From positions 1-35,258 of IMG/VR virus record IMGVR_UViG_3300027571_000036: DNA of 35,258 nt; one strand, written 5' to 3'. Positions 10,169 to 19,225 of this stretch are shown here, piece after piece (position 1 is the first letter of the stretch; each line of letters begins with the position of its first letter). Under the pieces are notes generated by a model. It was not told where the DNA came from. It ran no database searches and saw nothing but the letters and a program-made list of their open reading frames with translations. The position numbers and the translations under genes are program-made. Source of the DNA: a virus. Its lineage: Duplodnaviria > Caudoviricetes.

Positions 10169-10972
10169 ATGAATATAATTAAAAAAATAACTAACAATAG
10201 GAACACCCTTACATTTGTATTGGGTGCTCTTTTTGTTTTATTATTTTTAAGACAGTGTAATCAGACGGATAATTTAAAACATGAACTAGAGATCGCAAAG
10301 CAAGATTCCGATAGAAACTTTAATAACTATTTAGCTTCTAAAGATTCTGTTAGAACAATGGTGGCTGAGAATGGTAATTTAATTTCAGAGATCAGAAGCT
10401 ATGAATTTGACTTAAATGATTTAAAAAATGATCAATCTGAATTACTAGGTAAATATAAAAAAGCACTCAATGTAAATAAGGACCTTAATAAGGTTAACAC
10501 TTTATTATCTGCTGATATAGATATAAAAGATAGTTTGTTAGCAAGTACTACATCTACTCAAATAGATTCAGTGACAACTAAGTTAGACTTTTCTAAGTTT
10601 GATGATTTTGGAAATGGTAATTCTAGAAATTTAACTGGGAATATGTTTATTACTAGAACACTAAATGGATTTAATTACAGTGGGGCTTCATTTGACATAG
10701 ATCAAAAAATAAGTTTATTAGCAGCTATAGAAAACGTAGGAGGTGCTGATCAATTAAAAATTTCAACAGCATACCCTGGATTAACTTTCAGTAATATAGA
10801 AAATATTAATTTAATTAATACTAGACTTAATCAAAAGCCTACTAAAAAAGGTGGCTGGGCAATAGGTGTTGGTATTGGGTATGGATTAAATTTAAACAAT
10901 AATCAGGTAATAAGTACTGGACCATCAATAGGGATTGGCGTATACTATTCTCCTAAATGGTTAAGATTTTAA
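10169..10972 (+). CDS. Membrane-anchored coiled-coil protein with C-terminal beta-hairpin (candidate single-component spanin)
   Basis: Basic N-terminus, hydrophobic helix ending LRQC, coiled coil, and C-terminal GWAIGVGIGYG...GPSIGIGVYYSPKWLRF amphipathic strands with terminal Phe. Confidence 0.5.
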   Translation: MNIIKKITNNRNTLTFVLGALFVLLFLRQCNQTDNLKHELEIAKQDSDRNFNNYLASKDSVRTMVAENGNLISEIRSYEFDLNDLKNDQSELLGKYKKALNVNKDLNKVNTLLSADIDIKDSLLASTTSTQIDSVTTKLDFSKFDDFGNGNSRNLTGNMFITRTLNGFNYSGASFDIDQKISLLAAIENVGGADQLKISTAYPGLTFSNIENINLINTRLNQKPTKKGGWAIGVGIGYGLNLNNNQVISTGPSIGIGVYYSPKWLRF

Positions 10973-10986
10973 CAATAATATAAATA

Positions 10987-13053
10987 ATGGCACAATCATC
11001 AAGATATTTTTATTTAGATTCAGACATCTTACTTGAATTTATATACCACGACCAAGGTAATCCTTCTAATTATCAAATAGAAGTTGATGATAATGGTAGC
11101 GAGGTTAAATTCTTAGATACAGTTAAAGGTGATGCTTCTCAACAACGACACTTAATTAATGAATTAGGTAGTGCGGTAGTAAATTTTGATGTAACTTCGG
11201 TAAGTGGCTATTTGGCTGTTGAAAACTTTGCAGCGAGAACACTTTTACTACAAAATGGTAAAACTTATAAGTTTAATCTAAGTGCTTTGCCTAACCCAGA
11301 GTTGTTTACTATCGGTGGATCTTTAGGAATTTACTCTTATTCAAGCACAACTCAAATTGGACAATTCACACCAACACAAAACGGTACAGTTTCATATACA
11401 TATGAAGGACTAAAGGGTGGTAAAGTAATTGTTGACACTAGAGCTAATCCTTTATTTGCAAGCCCTGATGAAAATACAGGTAACGATATTAACCAAACTA
11501 TCGGCAGGTATCATGCTGTACAATCAGATAGCACGGGTACAAAATACGCTTTACTAGGCTATGATTCTACCGGTGATTATGATATGTTTAACTATATTAA
11601 CAACAATGTTAATTGGGCAGGTGGAAATGAAACAGACCTTTTAAATTCTCAGACTAATGCAACTGCTAATATTAATTATATTAAATATGATAGTATTAGA
11701 CTGCACTTAAGAAGTGGTTATAGTTTTTCAGCAAGGGGCTATGAAGGTTTCTTATTTCAAATAGGTGCTAAAAGAACTAGCGGTATAAGTAACTACCTAA
11801 CACAGTTGGTTTACTTAAATACTAGTAATTATGAATATGCAAATCCTAAACCTTTTATTTTAGGTGAGACTTTATATAGTAAATTCATTGAAATTAAAGT
11901 TCCAACTCTAATAGATCAGAATGCTGAATTCGAAGACTTATTTTATGGTGACGGTAGTATTGGTTCAAGTGATTTAGATCCAACTTCAAACTATAATGTT
12001 ACTTTTAAATTAATCGATAAATTAGAGACTCTTAATGGTTATGATTATTTTATTACCGGTGAAGAGAATAGATTTACTATTTCGAGAGAGGATGAGTTTC
12101 AAGATTTCACGGTTGTTATAGAGGATGCTACTGATGGAGATTACTTTAAAATATACGGAGAGAAAGACAACTCTATTGGTAATTTTGAAGCATATATTTT
12201 AAATCAAATTACTTCAACATCAGATGATATAACGGTTTTATTTGACGTCGATGTGTTCGAAAACATAGGTACTACTGAAGTTAAGACTTTTCAAACAACG
12301 TATACACAATACGAGGACTTTAATACTCCTATTGTTTTTAGACCGGTTATTGTTAATAGCAACGTAGCATCTAGCTTTTCTATTGATGTAACTATGAAAA
12401 TATGGAATCAAACCGATAATACACAGATTGTAAAGAGAGCTAGTTTATCAATTAATCAAGCTGCTAAGTATGGTAAAAGATTAAGTAAACTTAAAATTGA
12501 TTCTCCGAATCAGTTGACAGAAGTTTATAATGTGTTACCACAATTAGCTTCTAGCAAAATTGTAGCAGGGATATTCACAGACAATTTACCTAGAACTGTA
12601 AAATATGTACCGGCATTTGTTGAAAGACATAATGTTATTGCTTCAAGTGCTAAAATTCAATTTGATAATTCTAATGAAAATATCATGACTCAGAGTATTA
12701 CTGAGGTAGACACGTCAGCTTTTAAATCAGAAGGTGATCTAGTTATTAATATCCCACCGTTTACATCTTATTATAAATTTGTAATTGCTAAGAAAAAAGA
12801 GGATGACGTTGAGTTGGTTTCATTTGAAAATGCTGAACACTTAGTTATGACATTTGGTGATGGTAAACAAAAATTAAAATTCAATCACATTTCTAATAAA
12901 GATATAAACATGGGTGAAGGTGAAGTACTTTTTAAAATTAGTGAAGCTAACGCAAACACTATTAGAGGTATGAAGAACTCAACATTTTATATCAGTGTTA
13001 ATAATGGCGTGGATGATACAATGATTTTATCTGGTAAATTTAATATTAACTAA
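10987..13053 (+). CDS. Hypothetical protein, probably virion structural
   Basis: 688-aa beta-rich acidic ORF within the structural module; no catalytic motif recognised. Confidence 0.5.
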   Translation: MAQSSRYFYLDSDILLEFIYHDQGNPSNYQIEVDDNGSEVKFLDTVKGDASQQRHLINELGSAVVNFDVTSVSGYLAVENFAARTLLLQNGKTYKFNLSALPNPELFTIGGSLGIYSYSSTTQIGQFTPTQNGTVSYTYEGLKGGKVIVDTRANPLFASPDENTGNDINQTIGRYHAVQSDSTGTKYALLGYDSTGDYDMFNYINNNVNWAGGNETDLLNSQTNATANINYIKYDSIRLHLRSGYSFSARGYEGFLFQIGAKRTSGISNYLTQLVYLNTSNYEYANPKPFILGETLYSKFIEIKVPTLIDQNAEFEDLFYGDGSIGSSDLDPTSNYNVTFKLIDKLETLNGYDYFITGEENRFTISREDEFQDFTVVIEDATDGDYFKIYGEKDNSIGNFEAYILNQITSTSDDITVLFDVDVFENIGTTEVKTFQTTYTQYEDFNTPIVFRPVIVNSNVASSFSIDVTMKIWNQTDNTQIVKRASLSINQAAKYGKRLSKLKIDSPNQLTEVYNVLPQLASSKIVAGIFTDNLPRTVKYVPAFVERHNVIASSAKIQFDNSNENIMTQSITEVDTSAFKSEGDLVINIPPFTSYYKFVIAKKKEDDVELVSFENAEHLVMTFGDGKQKLKFNHISNKDINMGEGEVLFKISEANANTIRGMKNSTFYISVNNGVDDTMILSGKFNIN

Positions 13054-13055
13054 GT

Positions 13056-13607
13056 ATGGTTCTTAATAGTAGAAATAATGCATTTGATTTTAAATTCCCC
13101 AGAAAATTTATTCCTGAGGAAGTGGCACAGAAGTATAAGAAGTATTTGAATAAAGTACCCGGTGGATTATTATCAGAACCTATTGATTTTGTTAATTATA
13201 GTATTCAAGGTATTAATATTCCAGGTGTTTCATTTGATCCACTATCACAAGAAGATAATGATGGTACTAAAAGATATCATAGAGGTGCTTTGCCAATTCA
13301 AAATGTAGTTAATAGAGAATTCACAGTGACTATGCAGTTACTAGATGGTTTTATTAATTACTGGATTATGATGGATACATTATTGTATTATTATGCAAGG
13401 ACAACTAAACAAACACATATAGAACCATTGACTCTGAGAATCTTAGATTCTGAAGGTGCATCGGTAGCTTATATGGAATTTACAGATTCAATTATGAATT
13501 CTATTAATGAACTCAATTTGAATTTTGCAGAGAACGTGTCTTCTTTTAATACATTTGAGGTCACCTTTTTTTACAATAGATTAAATCTAAGATTAGAAGT
13601 AGAATAA
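13056..13607 (+). CDS. Tail tube-fold protein, T4 gp3-like tail completion/terminator
   Basis: YSIQGINIPGVSF...EFTVTMQLLDGFINY...LTLRILDS...FEVTFFY pattern and 183-aa size resemble the gp3/gp19 family. Confidence 0.6.
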   Translation: MVLNSRNNAFDFKFPRKFIPEEVAQKYKKYLNKVPGGLLSEPIDFVNYSIQGINIPGVSFDPLSQEDNDGTKRYHRGALPIQNVVNREFTVTMQLLDGFINYWIMMDTLLYYYARTTKQTHIEPLTLRILDSEGASVAYMEFTDSIMNSINELNLNFAENVSSFNTFEVTFFYNRLNLRLEVE

Positions 13608-13611
13608 AAAC

Positions 13612-13620
13612 GATATATAA
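13612..13620 (+). promoter_or_regulatory. GATATATAA putative late-promoter motif
   Basis: Recurrent motif, 3 nt before ATG 13624. Confidence 0.55.
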
Positions 13621-13623
13621 AAT

Positions 13624-13992
13624 ATGAAAACATTTAATACATACTTAGTTGAAAATGCTGTTACAGAACAGGATATCAAACTTATTAACGAGGGTCTACA
13701 AGAAGAATGGACGCCTGAGTTAGAGGCTAAGATCGATGCCGCACTAGAATCATTCGTGTTAGAATATAAAAACGAAGATGGTACTTTTGATATTGAAAGA
13801 CTTAATGAAGAAATTACAAATGAAGGTTTCTTTGGTTCAATTATTGGCGGTCTTACTGGTTTTGCTTTAGGTAAATCAGTTGGTAAGATGGTTGCTAAAG
13901 TATTGGGTATTGAAAAAGGTATTTTCTATGATTTATTAACTTCAAGACTTGTTGGCGCTGCATTAGGTGCTAGTCTTGGTAAAAGAATCTAA
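13624..13992 (+). CDS. Small putative internal head protein with glycine-zipper C-terminus
   Basis: MKTFNTYLVE resembles the T4 capsid-targeting sequence; acidic N-half with INE/LNE sites; hydrophobic GxxxG-rich C-half. Confidence 0.55.
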   Translation: MKTFNTYLVENAVTEQDIKLINEGLQEEWTPELEAKIDAALESFVLEYKNEDGTFDIERLNEEITNEGFFGSIIGGLTGFALGKSVGKMVAKVLGIEKGIFYDLLTSRLVGAALGASLGKRI

Positions 13993-14643
13993 ATGAATTT
14001 TTTAGCAGTAGACTTTTCTCTTAATTCCCCAGGAATTTGCTTATATAATGATAAAGGTAAGAAATATCATTTCATTAGTTATATAAAACCCAAAACAGGT
14101 ACAAAGGCCGAACAAAAGCTTCAAGAAGAGATATCACTATTAAATGATGTTACTCTAGTTGACCAACCTGACTTTACAAATAACGAAACATTTTCAAGTG
14201 CTGAACTTCTCAAGGTTAAGCGCTACGATAGAATGGCAGATGACATAATAAACCTAGTCTTACAAAACAGTTTTGACGGTGATGGGTTTACTATTGGATT
14301 CGAAGGCACTTCATATGGTTCTAATGGTGGGACTAATAATATGATTGACATGGCAGCCGGTGCTGCAATCTTAAAACTTAAACTCTTAAAGACCTTAAAC
14401 CCCGAAGACATTATGACCGTGGCTCCGACCACCATTAAGAAGTTTGCTGGTAAAGGTAATATGAACAAGCTTCAGTTGTTTGAGGCATTTCAAAGAAATG
14501 TGAATGAAGACCTGGTCTTAGCTAAAAGTCCTTTGTGGAAAATTGTGAAAGACCTTGAAGTTGGGAAGAAGATTCCAAAGCCGTTAGACGACCTAGTCGA
14601 CGCTTATTTCCTAGTTGCCTTTATGGCGAACCCTCCAGCCTAA
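13993..14643 (+). CDS. ruvC: RuvC-like Holliday junction resolvase
   Basis: RNase H-fold catalytic pattern: LAVDFSLNSPG, IGFEG, APTTIKKF..GKGN..K, DDLVDAY. Confidence 0.8.
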   Translation: MNFLAVDFSLNSPGICLYNDKGKKYHFISYIKPKTGTKAEQKLQEEISLLNDVTLVDQPDFTNNETFSSAELLKVKRYDRMADDIINLVLQNSFDGDGFTIGFEGTSYGSNGGTNNMIDMAAGAAILKLKLLKTLNPEDIMTVAPTTIKKFAGKGNMNKLQLFEAFQRNVNEDLVLAKSPLWKIVKDLEVGKKIPKPLDDLVDAYFLVAFMANPPA

Positions 14644-14668
14644 TCTGTCTCTGACTTAAAGAACATTT

Positions 14669-14698
14669 ATTATATGCTAGTTGTTCAGAATTGTTTCA
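14669..14698 (-). promoter_or_regulatory. TGAAAC-N18-TATAAT promoter-like motif, minus strand
   Basis: Reverse complement reads TGAAAC aattctgaacaactagca TATAAT; divergent from the plus-strand copy at 14733. Confidence 0.45.
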
Positions 14699-14732
14699 AT
14701 TTATTTAAAAAAAAATAAAAATAAGCTCCAGA

Positions 14733-14761
14733 TGAAACAAAAAGCAATCCAGATATATAAT
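14733..14761 (+). promoter_or_regulatory. TGAAAC-N17-TATAAT promoter-like motif overlapping GATATATAA
   Basis: Same architecture recurs at 14969, 27713 and 32074, always just upstream of a gene. Confidence 0.55.
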
Positions 14762-14794
14762 AAGTATACTAATAAACAGTAACAATTATTTAAA

Positions 14795-14971
14795 ATGTTA
14801 GCTACAACTGAACTCATCCATCTCAATAAAGCCCTCATTTCGATGGTGCGAGAAAATAGGATCACAACAACTGAGCGTGAAGAACTACTCCACAAAGCAG
14901 GGCTGCTTAAGCTCGAGGACGGTAGATGGAAAGAGAACGGTAATAGTATTTTAACATTGACTAATAGTTGA
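14795..14971 (+). CDS. Small hypothetical protein (58 aa, MLATTELIHLNKAL...), absent from ORF track
   Basis: ATG with A-rich leader downstream of a promoter motif; fills the intergenic gap on the coding strand. Confidence 0.55.
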   Translation: MLATTELIHLNKALISMVRENRITTTEREELLHKAGLLKLEDGRWKENGNSILTLTNS

Positions 14972-14997
14972 AACTTTTTTTAGTATGCGATTATAAG
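14969..14997 (+). promoter_or_regulatory. TGAAAC-N17-TATAAG promoter-like motif upstream of the SSB gene
   Basis: Recurrent motif with 17-nt spacing. Confidence 0.5.
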
Positions 14998-15050
14998 AAC
15001 TGAAAGTAATTTCAAGGTAAACAATTTAAAAATTTAAACAACTAAAAGGT

Positions 15051-15965
15051 ATGAGTGATTCATTTGACATTTTTAACTTAGGTGTAGAAGACGTAGAAAC
15101 GCACCAAGTACAAGCAAGTAGTTCTACTAACGAGATCTACAAACCAACCGCAGACGACGGTAAAGACGGAACTTACAAAGCATTAATTCGTTTTGTTCCT
15201 AATCCAGAAAACCCTCGTAATTCCCTAATCCAAAAATACGTACACTGGCTAACTAACTCAAGCGGTGATGGTAAACTAGTAGATAGTCCATCAACTGTAG
15301 GTGAGAAGTGTCCTATTGCAGATGTATTTTGGAAGCTACGTAAATCAGATTCAGCTGTTGACCGCAAGTCTTCAGAGAAATTGAAAAGACGCCAGCAATA
15401 TTATGCACTAATCAAGATCATCAAAGATCCACAAAATCCAGATCTAGAAGGTACTTACAAAGTATTCAAATTTGGTTACAAGATCAAAGAGAAGATTGAT
15501 GCAGAATTGAAACCAGACTTTGGTGAACCAACACAAGTATTTGACCTTTTTGAAGGTAAGAACTTTGAGTTGATTATTACTCGCCAAGGTGACTATAACA
15601 ACTATGACAAGTCTAAATTCTCAGCAAGTAAATCAGCTATTATTATGGGTGATGTACCAGCAGAGCGTAACAAAGAGACCATGACAACAATTAAGGCCGA
15701 GCTAGAAGCTGCTCCTTCATTAAAGGGTTATGATTACCAAGCATGGGATGAAGATACAAGATCTTTCGTTAATGACGTATTGAGAATGTACATCAATCCA
15801 GGCAACTCTATCGCTGAGATGACATCGAGTGCTCCTAAAAAAGCAACACAATCGGCAACTGCGGTAGCAGAAAAGCCAGTGGAAGCTCCAGCAAAAACAG
15901 AATCAACTTCAAGTGTTTCATCTGATGATGATCTAGATTCTTTTTTGAATGACCTCGACATCTAA
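15051..15965 (+). CDS. gp32: Single-stranded DNA-binding protein, T4 gp32-like
   Basis: ALIRFVP, KVFKFGYKIKEKI, FDLFEGKNF, NYDKSKF motifs and acidic tail DDDLDSFLNDLDI. Confidence 0.92.
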   Translation: MSDSFDIFNLGVEDVETHQVQASSSTNEIYKPTADDGKDGTYKALIRFVPNPENPRNSLIQKYVHWLTNSSGDGKLVDSPSTVGEKCPIADVFWKLRKSDSAVDRKSSEKLKRRQQYYALIKIIKDPQNPDLEGTYKVFKFGYKIKEKIDAELKPDFGEPTQVFDLFEGKNFELIITRQGDYNNYDKSKFSASKSAIIMGDVPAERNKETMTTIKAELEAAPSLKGYDYQAWDEDTRSFVNDVLRMYINPGNSIAEMTSSAPKKATQSATAVAEKPVEAPAKTESTSSVSSDDDLDSFLNDLDI

Positions 15966-17025
15966 TATACAACTTACTGAAGAGTTAAAGGATAAAATAA
16001 GATACGCACTTAAAGAAGTAGTATCCCAAAAACATCCCGAACCTAACAAGAAGCTACTAAAGGACATGCATGGGCGAATAACCCTTGCATGTCCCTATTG
16101 TGGCGATTCCCACAAAGATGATACTGCTAAACGTGGTAATATATTCTGGGACACATTACAATACCATTGCTATAACTGCAACCACCACACCAATCTTTAT
16201 ACTTTTTTAAAGGATCACGACATTAAAATGTCTAATAGTGATGACTCTTTTTTAGTTATTGACTATATTCAACAAAATAAGATACAGGTAAACCCTGAAT
16301 CAGTTCTAAAACACCAAGGTCTTGCAGAGATCCATGATTTAGCAATTGATATTGATGATTTTAAAAAACATTTTAAGGCAAAACCAATAGTACCAGGTGA
16401 CTGGATATGGTTTCAATTAAAGGCAAGATTGCTACACAATAGAGTAGATGATTTTCTTTATTCAGAAAGGGAGCATCGTTTATGGATATTAAACTTTAGT
16501 ACTGATAATAAAATTATAGGTGCACAAACACGTAGAATGAAAGGCTATGGTCAAAGATACCTAACATATGATTTGCCTAAGATTTATGAAGAGATGGGTA
16601 AACCACTAGATATGACAAACGATGAGTTAAATAACTTGACTAAGATATCTACGTTATTTGGTATTATGCAATTAAACTTTCAGAGGCCTATTACAATGTT
16701 TGAGGGTCCATTAGATGCTAAGTTTATGACTAACTCACTGGCGTTAGCAACCGCTGGTAGATCAACAGATGATTTTGATGAGATACCAACAGTTAGGTAC
16801 ATGTTTGATAATGATGTAACAGGTAAAAAGAAGATGGCCGAGAAGCTCAAGAAAGGCCGACCAGTATTTATGTGGTCTAAATTTCTCAAGGAAAATAAGC
16901 TAGATACATATAATATTAAAGATTTAAATGACTTAATATTGAAATGTTTTGAGCTTAAAATCGACGCTCACAAAAAGATCGATCAATATTTCACCTCAAG
17001 TCAATTGGATCTATGGTACGTATAG
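15949..17025 (+). CDS. gp61: DNA primase, T4 gp61-like
   Basis: Zn finger CPYCGDS...YHCYNC; TOPRIM motifs FEGPLDA and FDND. Confidence 0.9.
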   Translation: MTSTSNIQLTEELKDKIRYALKEVVSQKHPEPNKKLLKDMHGRITLACPYCGDSHKDDTAKRGNIFWDTLQYHCYNCNHHTNLYTFLKDHDIKMSNSDDSFLVIDYIQQNKIQVNPESVLKHQGLAEIHDLAIDIDDFKKHFKAKPIVPGDWIWFQLKARLLHNRVDDFLYSEREHRLWILNFSTDNKIIGAQTRRMKGYGQRYLTYDLPKIYEEMGKPLDMTNDELNNLTKISTLFGIMQLNFQRPITMFEGPLDAKFMTNSLALATAGRSTDDFDEIPTVRYMFDNDVTGKKKMAEKLKKGRPVFMWSKFLKENKLDTYNIKDLNDLILKCFELKIDAHKKIDQYFTSSQLDLWYV

Positions 17026-17234
17026 AAGATATTAGTAATATGGTTGAAGACAACTTAGACGATTTTCAAAGAGATAGTGATAGATTTAAAGGTATGAAAC
17101 TCTTAATTGATTTTCAACCATTAGATCTTACTGTTAATTCACCAGACATAGAGTTTCCAAAACCTAAATTTAAAAAGAGACAAATAATCTCTAAGTTTAT
17201 TAAACCAGATCCTAACAAGAAATCATTATTTTAG
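17013..17234 (+). CDS. Hypothetical protein (73 aa)
   Basis: Tightly packed between primase and uvsY on the coding strand. Confidence 0.6.
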   Translation: MVRIEDISNMVEDNLDDFQRDSDRFKGMKLLIDFQPLDLTVNSPDIEFPKPKFKKRQIISKFIKPDPNKKSLF

Positions 17235-17235
17235 T

Positions 17236-17658
17236 ATGAGCAAAGAGAATATATTAGCATTAGATAGGAAATTAAGTAGTCAAAGAACAGAGTGGACCGA
17301 TATTATTAAAGGACTATCTCAAAGTTTAAGAAACTTAAACACCATGGAAGAAACTATTGCTGAAGTTCTTTCTTCTCGCCAATCATTGGTCGAGCAGATA
17401 TCGTACTTAAACATGAAAGTTAAGGAACAAAAGAATAAAGTTAATGTCAGATACCGCGAAGCGTATATCAGATATTATGAATACGATTACAAGCTAGGCG
17501 AAAAACAAAAAGAGAAGTTTATTGAAACTGACCTCGCCGACGAAAATATGATACTATCTCATTTAGAAAACCAAGTGGAATTCTTTAGAGACTCGGTTAA
17601 AACCCTAGATAATATGGGCTTTGCCATTCGTAATAGACTTGCATTAAAAGATCTATAA
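17236..17658 (+). CDS. uvsY: Recombination mediator UvsY-like
   Basis: 140-aa helical protein with C-terminal EFFRDSVKTLDNMGFAIRN motif, directly upstream of uvsW. Confidence 0.75.
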   Translation: MSKENILALDRKLSSQRTEWTDIIKGLSQSLRNLNTMEETIAEVLSSRQSLVEQISYLNMKVKEQKNKVNVRYREAYIRYYEYDYKLGEKQKEKFIETDLADENMILSHLENQVEFFRDSVKTLDNMGFAIRNRLALKDL

Positions 17659-17683
17659 CGAAAAATAAAAATGCTCTAACAAT

Positions 17684-19192
17684 GTGGAGCTTAGTTTAAC
17701 TGAAAACAAACAGTTGCTTCGTATTGATGCAGCAACTGAATTAGAATTAGAACAACTCAATATTTCTCTTAATAAGAGGATTGAGTCATGGCGTTTCAAC
17801 CCCTTAGTTAAAAAAGGGTTGTGGGACGGCTATGTTTCCTATATTAAAGATGATAAGTGGATTCCTTCCGGTTTATGGAGAGAAGTCATGGGTATATGTA
17901 AGGACTATAAATTTGAGTTTAAACTTGAAGGTATTACAGAAATATTCGATACCAATATTAATCAAGAAAAGTTTACCGAATGGGCAATTGATTTCTTTGA
18001 AAAATCAGAAATTACCCCAAGAGACTATCAAATCGAGGCAGCATTTAATATTCTAAAATTTAAAAGATGTTTAAGTGAATTGGCAACTTCTGCCGGTAAA
18101 ACCCTCATCTCTTTTTTAACAGTTGCGTATCTACTAGAAAAGCAAAAGGCAGGAAAAATACTATTCATTGTACCTAACGTTTCTTTGGTTGTACAAGCTA
18201 GTGAAGATTTCCTAGATTATAATTACAGAAATGCAATAGATATTAAAGTACAACAAATTTATAGTGGTCAAAAAATTAGGCCAGGTAGAAATGTTATTAT
18301 TGGTACATATCAATCTCTTGTTAAAAAAGAAAAGGCATACTTCGAGCAATTTGACGCAGTTATTGTAGATGAAACGCACAAGGCAAAATCAGCCTCTATT
18401 AAAACCATCCTACAAAAATGTGTTAATGCAGAATACAAGTACGGTTTATCTGGTACTATACCAAAAGAAGGTACATTAGATAGACTAACACTTATGGCAT
18501 ACACTGGTCCATTAATCACAGAGATTAGTGCAAACTATCTACAAAATGAGGGCCACATTGCAGGGTGTAAAGTAAAAATTATAAAAATGGACTATGCTCC
18601 GCAATCAACTAAAGATGCGTTTAGAGAAATGTCACAAAACAGATATGAAAGCAAAGATGTTTTTAAGTTTGAGCAGAATTATGTTATCAATTCACCAGGC
18701 CGCCTTAACTTTATTACTAGTATTATTTCCAGAGTACGGGGTAATAGTCTCGTCCTTTTCCATCGTATTGAACATGGCAAAAAGATATATGAAAAACTTC
18801 GCAGGGAAAGTGATAAAACAGTCTACTACGTTGATGGGGGTATTGATCAAGATATTCGCGAAGAACATAAGAAAAAAATGGAAGCAGGTGAAGATGTCGT
18901 TATCGTCGCGTCATATGGCACCTTCTCTACAGGTATCTCGATTAAGAAAATACACAACATATTCTTTACTGAATCGTTTAAATCGGAAGTTATAATTAGA
19001 CAATCGATTGGTAGAGGTCTAAGACAACATAGCTCAAAGGACTCTGTTAATATTATTGATTTTGTAGATGATCTATCTTCCCAGGACTGGGATAATTATT
19101 TAATGCGACATGCAAAAGAGCGCCAACGCATCTATAGAGAACAGAAGTTCAAATACGATATTAAAAATGTCGATTTTGAAGGAGATATATAA
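17684..19192 (+). CDS. uvsW: SF2 DNA helicase UvsW
   Basis: PRDYQ, ATSAGKT (Walker A), DETH, GLSGT, STGISI, QSIGRGLR; GTG start. Confidence 0.93.
   Translation: MELSLTENKQLLRIDAATELELEQLNISLNKRIESWRFNPLVKKGLWDGYVSYIKDDKWIPSGLWREVMGICKDYKFEFKLEGITEIFDTNINQEKFTEWAIDFFEKSEITPRDYQIEAAFNILKFKRCLSELATSAGKTLISFLTVAYLLEKQKAGKILFIVPNVSLVVQASEDFLDYNYRNAIDIKVQQIYSGQKIRPGRNVIIGTYQSLVKKEKAYFEQFDAVIVDETHKAKSASIKTILQKCVNAEYKYGLSGTIPKEGTLDRLTLMAYTGPLITEISANYLQNEGHIAGCKVKIIKMDYAPQSTKDAFREMSQNRYESKDVFKFEQNYVINSPGRLNFITSIISRVRGNSLVLFHRIEHGKKIYEKLRRESDKTVYYVDGGIDQDIREEHKKKMEAGEDVVIVASYGTFSTGISIKKIHNIFFTESFKSEVIIRQSIGRGLRQHSSKDSVNIIDFVDDLSSQDWDNYLMRHAKERQRIYREQKFKYDIKNVDFEGDI
19184..19192 (+). promoter_or_regulatory. 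GATATATAA putative late-promoter motif heading the internal-protein block
   Basis: Recurrent motif overlapping the uvsW stop codon. Confidence 0.55.
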
Positions 19193-19225
19193 TAAAATAA
19201 TAACATATAAAAATAAAACAATAAT

